Assembly: GCA_044373325.1 (NCBI GenBank)
Contig: JBILQJ010000004.1
Location: 10,115 to 74,114 of the forward strand
DNA: 64,000 nt
Direction of reading: 5' to 3'
Source of the DNA: Burkholderiales bacterium
GTDB lineage: Bacteria > Pseudomonadota > Gammaproteobacteria > Burkholderiales > JBILQJ01
Program-made: the position numbers and the translations under genes
In this document: piece after piece, positions 58,071 through 64,000 of the stretch
How the letters are laid out: each line of letters opens with the position of its first letter
How positions within the stretch are numbered: position 1 is the first letter of the stretch
Notes under the pieces: model-generated
Databases searched by the model: none
Seen by the model: the letters and a program-made list of their open reading frames with translations, nothing else
Told to the model about the DNA's origin: nothing

Positions 58071-58823
58071 ATGAGTGCCAAAGTGACTTTTACCGAACAA
58101 AAACAAGCCCAGCGGTATGCGGCCTTGTGTCGGCGTTTGAATTACACTTTTTTGTCTGAAAAATGGTTGCGCCAAGCCTTAACGCACCGCAGTTATGGCT
58201 TGCCAAATAACGAACGCTTAGAATTTATTGGCGATGGGATTTTAAATTATGCGGTGGCCGATTTGTTGTATGAGCATTTTCCCGACTTAAGCGAAGGCCA
58301 ATTGTCACGGTTGCGCGCGACTTTGGTGAACCAAGACTCTTTGGCCGTCATTGCGCGTGATTTGGGTTTGGGCGATTTTTTGTTTTTGGGCGAGGGCGAA
58401 TTAAAAAGTGGTGGCTTTGATCGCGCCTCGATTTTGGCCGATGCGCTGGAAGCCATTTTTGCGGCCATTCGTTTTGACAGCGAATTGGCGCAGGCGGTGG
58501 TGTGCGTGCGCCATTTGTATCAAGCACGGCTACAAAACATCAACCCCAACGTGTCCGCCAAAGACCCAAAAAGCTTGTTGCAAGAAGTATTACAAGACAA
58601 AAAACAAGCCTTGCCGCGCTACACCGTGATTGCCCAAACGGGCGATGCCAACGAAGCGTGTTTTGAAGTCAGCTGTGATTTGGGCAATATTCCCATCATC
58701 ACCAAAGGCAAGGGCAGCAGCCGCCGCATTGCCGAACAAATGGCGGCCACGGCCGCGCATGAGTTGTTGATGGCTTTTTTTGCTAACCATAAAACCCTCA
58801 ATAAAAAAGGCAAATCATCATGA
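58071..58823 (+). CDS. rnc: ribonuclease III
   Basis: RNase III signature NERLEFIGDGILN plus a C-terminal dsRBD. Confidence 0.9.
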   Translation: MSAKVTFTEQKQAQRYAALCRRLNYTFLSEKWLRQALTHRSYGLPNNERLEFIGDGILNYAVADLLYEHFPDLSEGQLSRLRATLVNQDSLAVIARDLGLGDFLFLGEGELKSGGFDRASILADALEAIFAAIRFDSELAQAVVCVRHLYQARLQNINPNVSAKDPKSLLQEVLQDKKQALPRYTVIAQTGDANEACFEVSCDLGNIPIITKGKGSSRRIAEQMAATAAHELLMAFFANHKTLNKKGKSS

Positions 58824-59596
58824 TGCCTTTGTGGTGCGATGCGCCAGAGCGGGCGACCTTGGCCGAGCAATTGGCTGAAAAATATGGCTTTTTTCGGGTG
58901 GAAAGTCAGCCTCAAGAGGGTTATTTTCTGTGGCTAACGGCGGAGCGCTTGTGTTTGGTGGCGGCCAATAATCTCAAAGCCTTGATTTTTGTGGATTGGG
59001 TGAGCGGCGCGGCCAAACACAGGCGCGATTTTGGCGGTGGGCGCGGCCAACCCATTGCGCGCGCGATGGGTTTGAAAGCCGCTACGCCCCTCACGCAGGT
59101 GGTCGATGCCACGGCAGGCATGGGCGGCGACAGTTTTGTGTTGGCCAGTTTGGGGTGTACCGTCACCATGATAGAACGCTCGCCCGTTGCGGCGGCCTTG
59201 CTGGAAGATGGTTTACAACGCGCCTTGGCCGACCCAGCCACGGTGGCGGTGGCCGAACGCGTGACCTTGCTGTATGGTGATGCGATTGCTTTGTTGCCAC
59301 AACTTAGCCCCAAACCGCAAGCCATTTTGGTGGATCCGATGTTTCCTGATACCAACAAAAAAAGCGCCGCGGCAAAAAAAGAAATGCAGGCTTTTCAAAC
59401 CTTGATGGGCGGCGATTTGGATGCGCCCGACTTATTAAAAGCCGCCATGCTGGCCTGTACGCATCGTGTGGTGGTCAAACGCCCAAGGTTGGCCGCAGCC
59501 ATTGAAGGCGTGCCGCCGTTTACGGCACAAATTGGCCAATCAACGCGGTTTGACATTTACAGCGTTAAAGCCTTGTTGGGGGCGGCTGGGACTTAG
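58820..59596 (+). CDS. rsmJ: 16S rRNA (guanine1516-N2)-methyltransferase
   Basis: VVDATAGMGGDSFVLA and VDPMFP (the RsmJ/YhiQ pattern). Overlaps the rnc stop by 4 nt. Confidence 0.8.
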   Translation: MMPLWCDAPERATLAEQLAEKYGFFRVESQPQEGYFLWLTAERLCLVAANNLKALIFVDWVSGAAKHRRDFGGGRGQPIARAMGLKAATPLTQVVDATAGMGGDSFVLASLGCTVTMIERSPVAAALLEDGLQRALADPATVAVAERVTLLYGDAIALLPQLSPKPQAILVDPMFPDTNKKSAAAKKEMQAFQTLMGGDLDAPDLLKAAMLACTHRVVVKRPRLAAAIEGVPPFTAQIGQSTRFDIYSVKALLGAAGT

Positions 59597-59684
59597 CACT
59601 GAGTACCTTGCGGCTAACCTTTTTTGTGGTGAAATAAAAAATCAATTTACAAAATAAAAGGCGTATGCCTTCAAAGGAGATTTT

Positions 59685-60074
59685 ATGGAAAGCATCAAAA
59701 AAATCAAAAACAACGTCAAAGTCAGCGCGGTGAGCGATTATTTGCCTGAACATTCGACGTTGGAATCAGACCAACACCGTTTTAAATACACCATCAGCAT
59801 AGAAAACAACAGCGACACCGTGGTGCAAATTGTCGGGCGGCGCTGGACGATACAGCACAGCATGGGCGAAATGGAAGAGGTGTGTGGACTGGGCGTGATG
59901 GGCGGCCAACCTTTTTTGGAAGAGGGCGCAAAATTCAGCTATGAAAGTGGCGTGACCTTGCGTGGCGCACAAGGCACTATGGTCGGCGTTTACGTGTGCA
60001 TAGACGAATATGCGCGGACATTTGAGCTGCCCATTCCTGAATTTTTGTTGTCAGCGAGCAAAGTGCGGCATTGA
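59685..60074 (+). CDS. apaG: ApaG (DUF525) protein
   Basis: YTISIENNSDTVVQIVGRRWTI...GVMGGQPFLEEG. Confidence 0.85.
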   Translation: MESIKKIKNNVKVSAVSDYLPEHSTLESDQHRFKYTISIENNSDTVVQIVGRRWTIQHSMGEMEEVCGLGVMGGQPFLEEGAKFSYESGVTLRGAQGTMVGVYVCIDEYARTFELPIPEFLLSASKVRH

Positions 60075-60099
60075 GCGTTTGCGTTGTTTTTAGTAAAGA

Positions 60100-60149
60100 T
60101 TGCGGCCAACCTTTTTTCCGAAAAAACAGGGATAAAAGGTTGGCCGCAG
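60100..60149. repeat. inverted pair of the 12-mer (right arm ends in CAG)
   Basis: ttgcggccaacc-ttttttccgaaaaaacagggataaaa-ggttggccgcag. Confidence 0.85.
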
Positions 60150-60167
60150 ATTGATAAGGCTTGTTTG

Positions 60168-62180
60168 ATGACGACTTTTTCTAAATTAAATGTGCCGCAA
60201 AGGGAAGCCATCCGTTATTTAGATGGGCCTTTGTTGGTGATTGCGGGCGCAGGCTCGGGTAAAACGCGCGTCATTACCGAAAAAATGGCGTATTTAATCG
60301 AAGAGATGGGCATTTCGGCCGCACACATTGCGGCCATTACGTTTACCAATAAAGCCGCCAAAGAAATGTTAAGCCGCATGAAAAACCGCTTGTCGAGCAG
60401 CGCCATACGCGGCTTGACGGTGTCCACTTTTCACTCTTTGGGCTTGAAAATTTTGCGTTTAGAAGCGCAGCATTTGGGCTATAAACCCAATTTTTCGATT
60501 TTAGATGCCAGCGATGCGGCAGGCATTTTGTCCGATATTATGGAAACGACCAGCAAAGATGAAGTGCGCAAAGTATCGGGGCGCATCAGTGCCTTAAAAA
60601 ATGATTTTATTGATCCAGCCGAGGCCAAAAGCGCCGCTCAAACGCCTTGGGACGAATACCTTGCGGACGTGTATTTTCGCTATCAAGAAACGCTTAAAGC
60701 CTACCAAGCGGTTGATTTTGATGATTTAATTCGCTTGCCCGTGGTGTTGTTTCAAGCCCGTGCCGACGTGTTGGAACGCTGGCAAAACACGCTGCGTTAT
60801 TTGTTGTTGGACGAATATCAAGACACCAATTTGTGCCAATACACTTTGATAAAATTGTTGGCGGGCGCGCGCGGCATGATGACGGCGGTGGGTGACGACG
60901 ATCAATCCATTTACGCTTGGCGTGGGGCGAATCGCGAAAATTTGAGCTTGTTGCAAAGCGATTTTCCGCGTTTGCAAGTCATTAAATTAGAACAAAATTA
61001 CCGCTCTTCGGTGCGCATTTTGCAAGCGGCCAATGCTGTGATTGCCAACAACCCCAAACTCTTTGATAAAAAACTGTGGTGCGAATTGGGCATGGGCGAT
61101 CCGTTGACGATATTTCAGTGCAAAAACGAAGAACACGAAGCCGAAACCGTCATACAACTGATGCAAGCGCACAAAGCCGAACACCGCACGCGCTGGTCGG
61201 ATTACGCCATTTTGTACCGCAGCAATTATCAAGCGCGGATTATCGAGCAAGGCTTGCGCAGTTTTCACGTGCCTTATCGCATGACGGGCGGCCAACCTTT
61301 TTTTGACAAAGCCGAAATCAAAACGCTGTTGGCTTATGTCAAATTAATCGCCAATCCCAAAGATGACACGGCCTTTATTCGTGCCTTGACCACGCCCAAA
61401 CGTGGCGTGGGCAACACCACCTTGGCCAAAATGGGGGCGTGGGCGAGTGCGCGCAAAATCAGCTTGTACGAAGCCTTAGAAAGCCACGGCCTCTCGGCAG
61501 AAATTGGCGCAGCGGCGGCGCAAGCTTTGGGCGAGTTTTATCAACTCATCGATCAATTCATGCACCAAGCCAACACGGGCAAATCGGGTGAGGTGTTGAC
61601 GCGTTTGTGCACGCAAATTGGCTATGAAGCGCATTTATATTTAACGTCCGAAACCCCCAAACAAGGCGAAACCAAGTGGAAAAATGTGCAAGAACTCATT
61701 GCTTGGCTGGACAAAAAGCAAGTCGAAGACGGCAAAAATTTGGTGGAAATGAGCCTAACCATTGCGTTGATGTCGTTGTTGGACGAGCAAGAAGACGAAG
61801 AGCTGGACGCGGTGCATTTATCGACTTTGCACGCGTCTAAGGGCTTGGAATATCCGCACGTGTATTTGATTGGTGCGGAAGAGGGCATTTTGCCGCACAG
61901 CGTGTCTATAGAAAATGGCGACATCGAAGAAGAGCGGCGCTTAATGTACGTGGGCATCACGCGCGCCAAACGCAGCTTGACGGTGACGCATTGCCACAAA
62001 CGCCGCAAAGCAGGCGAGTGGGAAATCATCGAACCATCGCGCTTTATCAACGAATTGCCTTTGGCCGATTGCCGTTATTTTGGCCGCGCCCAAGGCGAAG
62101 CCCAAATCAGCAAAACCGAAGGCGCAAGCAAATTGGCCAGTCTCTCGGCCATGTTGGCCGCAAAAGCCAAACCGCCATAA
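60168..62180 (+). CDS. rep: ATP-dependent DNA helicase Rep (UvrD/Rep family); start at MTTFSKLN
   Basis: LNVPQREAI...LVIAGAGSGKTRVIT, LLDEYQDTN and the YRS motif. The 671-aa length fits Rep better than UvrD. Confidence 0.8.
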   Translation: MTTFSKLNVPQREAIRYLDGPLLVIAGAGSGKTRVITEKMAYLIEEMGISAAHIAAITFTNKAAKEMLSRMKNRLSSSAIRGLTVSTFHSLGLKILRLEAQHLGYKPNFSILDASDAAGILSDIMETTSKDEVRKVSGRISALKNDFIDPAEAKSAAQTPWDEYLADVYFRYQETLKAYQAVDFDDLIRLPVVLFQARADVLERWQNTLRYLLLDEYQDTNLCQYTLIKLLAGARGMMTAVGDDDQSIYAWRGANRENLSLLQSDFPRLQVIKLEQNYRSSVRILQAANAVIANNPKLFDKKLWCELGMGDPLTIFQCKNEEHEAETVIQLMQAHKAEHRTRWSDYAILYRSNYQARIIEQGLRSFHVPYRMTGGQPFFDKAEIKTLLAYVKLIANPKDDTAFIRALTTPKRGVGNTTLAKMGAWASARKISLYEALESHGLSAEIGAAAAQALGEFYQLIDQFMHQANTGKSGEVLTRLCTQIGYEAHLYLTSETPKQGETKWKNVQELIAWLDKKQVEDGKNLVEMSLTIALMSLLDEQEDEELDAVHLSTLHASKGLEYPHVYLIGAEEGILPHSVSIENGDIEEERRLMYVGITRAKRSLTVTHCHKRRKAGEWEIIEPSRFINELPLADCRYFGRAQGEAQISKTEGASKLASLSAMLAAKAKPP

Positions 62181-62203
62181 GTCATCCGTTTCCACATAAA
62201 AAA

Positions 62204-62252
62204 CTGCGGCCAACCTTTTAACGTGAAAATCACGGTAGAAGGTTGGCCGCAA
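62204..62252. repeat. inverted pair of the 12-mer, ACGTGAA-loop subfamily; near-identical to the copy at 6435-6483
   Basis: ctgcggccaacc-ttttaacgtgaaaatcacggtagaa-ggttggccgcaa. Confidence 0.9.
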
Positions 62253-62395
62253 GGCTTTTAGGAGGTTATTTTTTTGCACACAAAAATTACAGTTCTTTAT
62301 TTATTAAATTTGCGTATAGTTAAATAAAAATATATAATGTTAATTTGAGTATTAAAATATTTTCGTTTTTTAATGTGTTTTCTTGGAGCTTTTTT

Positions 62396-64000
62396 ATGAA
62401 TCAGTCATATCGTTTAGTTTGGTCAGTCGTACGTAGTGCTTGGACTGTTGTCTCAGAATTAGCCAAATCCCACGCCAAATCGGGCGCGGCGATGGTGACG
62501 GTGGCGGCAGTCACCGCAGCTCTGCCAGCGCACGGCGCAGGGACTGTTAGCGCAACTGGGGGAAATACAGTCACCGTCGTTTCCGATACTTATACAGTAG
62601 GAAATGGCGTCTATGGTATCACTGCCAGCAATGGCAATATTCTATTCGACCAAGGTGGGATTTTTAACATTAATTCAACGGACACAGCGGCGCTAAGCGC
62701 CACCAATAACGGGACTATGGTCGAGCTGGGAAATGGCGGCGGCACTTATAAAATCAACACGGGCGTGGGAAGTTTCTATGCGATTGAAGCCCGAAGTGGC
62801 GGTAAAATTGATTTATCAAAAGCGGCCTCTGTTGAATTAACAACAGGGCATGCGGTTGGGGTTTGGGCGGATCAGGCCAACTCCAAAATAGACATCTCCA
62901 AACTCACTTTGAATCAAACTGGAACAGGCACGACAGGCTATGGCATTCAAGCCTCTGCGCTAGGCCAAATTACTATTGGAGAGCTGAATTTAACCACCAA
63001 TCAAACTGGTGTAAAGGTTAATGGTCTTAATCCCACCGTAACGATAGGGAATGCGACAACCAAAAGCAGCATCAATTCAACAGGTATTGGTGTTTTGGCA
63101 AGCAGCTCCGGCTCAGTGAGCTTAACCAATACCGACATCACTTCAACAGGTATTGGTGTTTTGGCAAACTCCGGCTCAGTGACTTTGACCGATGTTAGCA
63201 TTGCAACCAGCGGGGACAATGGAGCTGCTATAAGGACGGATTCAAACACTACCACTAATTTTGCTGGCACCAATACCATTAGTACGACAGGCGCAAACGC
63301 TGCTGGGTTGCTGCTTTATAAAGGCTCAAAAATAACAGGCGAATACACAGGCACGATCACAACAGGCGGTAGTGATGCCATAGGCATCGACTCGGCTGCG
63401 GCCAACCTTGCGCTTAAGAATGCAAATATCACCACGACAGGCCAGTATTCGCATGCCATTATGTTAACTGAGGGCACAACCACCATTACGGGCGGTTCTG
63501 TTACCACAGGTAAGTTGGGTGAGGACTCTCGCTCAACAGGCGTAAATACACGCTCGACGGGATCATCTGGTGATATTAACCTTTCTATTTCTGGCACAAA
63601 AATCGAAACTTTAGGTTTGAGTTCAGAGGGAGTTTCGTTGAACAACAAGGTAACCACCGGCTCCTTAAAAGACGTCAATATAATAACCCGCGGTGACAGT
63701 TCAAGGGGCCTTTCTTCGTCTGTGCGCGACCTTAACGTGTCCAATACGATAATCGAAACGACAGGGAGTTCTTCAACTGGCATTGCCATTGGGGTAGGAG
63801 GCCCTGACCCTGCCTTCAAAATGACTATTACGGGAGGTTCGGTCACCACTAGGGGCAGTCGCTCGGATGCTATGGTGTTTGGCAGCGGAAGTGCAAGTGG
63901 CCAGAACATATCTATTGATATTTCAGGCGGCACAAAAATCAAAACTTTCTCTGATAATTCAAGAGGACTTTATCTTGGGGGTACTACAAACGTAAAATTA
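62396..64000 (+). CDS. autotransporter-type adhesin with extended signal peptide region (ESPR); 5' part, continues beyond the window end
   Basis: Absent from the ORF track because it has no stop in the window. My translation gives MNQSYRLVWSVVRSAWTVVSELAKSHAKSGAAMVTVAAV..., which is the ESPR consensus (MNxxYRxxW...W.VVSEL). A Thr/Gly/Ser-rich repetitive passenger follows (TSTGIGVLA repeats). The frame is open for 535 codons. Confidence 0.8.
   Translation, partial: MNQSYRLVWSVVRSAWTVVSELAKSHAKSGAAMVTVAAVTAALPAHGAGTVSATGGNTVTVVSDTYTVGNGVYGITASNGNILFDQGGIFNINSTDTAALSATNNGTMVELGNGGGTYKINTGVGSFYAIEARSGGKIDLSKAASVELTTGHAVGVWADQANSKIDISKLTLNQTGTGTTGYGIQASALGQITIGELNLTTNQTGVKVNGLNPTVTIGNATTKSSINSTGIGVLASSSGSVSLTNTDITSTGIGVLANSGSVTLTDVSIATSGDNGAAIRTDSNTTTNFAGTNTISTTGANAAGLLLYKGSKITGEYTGTITTGGSDAIGIDSAAANLALKNANITTTGQYSHAIMLTEGTTTITGGSVTTGKLGEDSRSTGVNTRSTGSSGDINLSISGTKIETLGLSSEGVSLNNKVTTGSLKDVNIITRGDSSRGLSSSVRDLNVSNTIIETTGSSSTGIAIGVGGPDPAFKMTITGGSVTTRGSRSDAMVFGSGSASGQNISIDISGGTKIKTFSDNSRGLYLGGTTNVKL

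Overview
This 64-kb window is from a Gram-negative proteobacterial chromosome. Gene content looks beta/gamma-proteobacterial and somewhat Neisseriales-like, but I cannot name the organism. It holds about 55 tightly packed, mostly housekeeping genes: nth, murA, nrdAB, btuB with a B12 riboswitch, ispB, ihfA, tilS, panC, ubiB, hemL, trmB, ribE, rnfDG, recJ, bamA, lpxD, rppH, rsmE, guaB, rhlE, pepD, argG, gloA, rnc, rsmJ, apaG and rep. Two CDSs run off the window ends and are missing from the ORF track: nth (1-523, minus strand) and an ESPR-type autotransporter (62396-64000). Three things stand out. (1) A complete type II-C CRISPR-Cas locus lies at 40.2-46.4 kb. It has a predicted divergent tracrRNA, a 1140-aa cas9, an array of 10 identical 36-bp repeats each ending in an extended -10 promoter, and cas1-cas2 on the opposite strand converging on the array. 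(2) The 12-mer GGTTGGCCGCAA (extended form AAAAAGGTTGGCCGCAAG) is extremely over-represented. I found about 41 exact copies by eye, plus many near-copies. They occur as inverted-pair hairpins behind genes and also inside unrelated CDSs. This is the signature of a DNA uptake sequence, and it matches no DUS/USS I know. A periplasmic LigE-type DNA ligase is also present. (3) There are several small palindromic or duplicated elements and one structured noncoding island next to cas1. All coordinates and counts come from manual reading, and no database search was possible.
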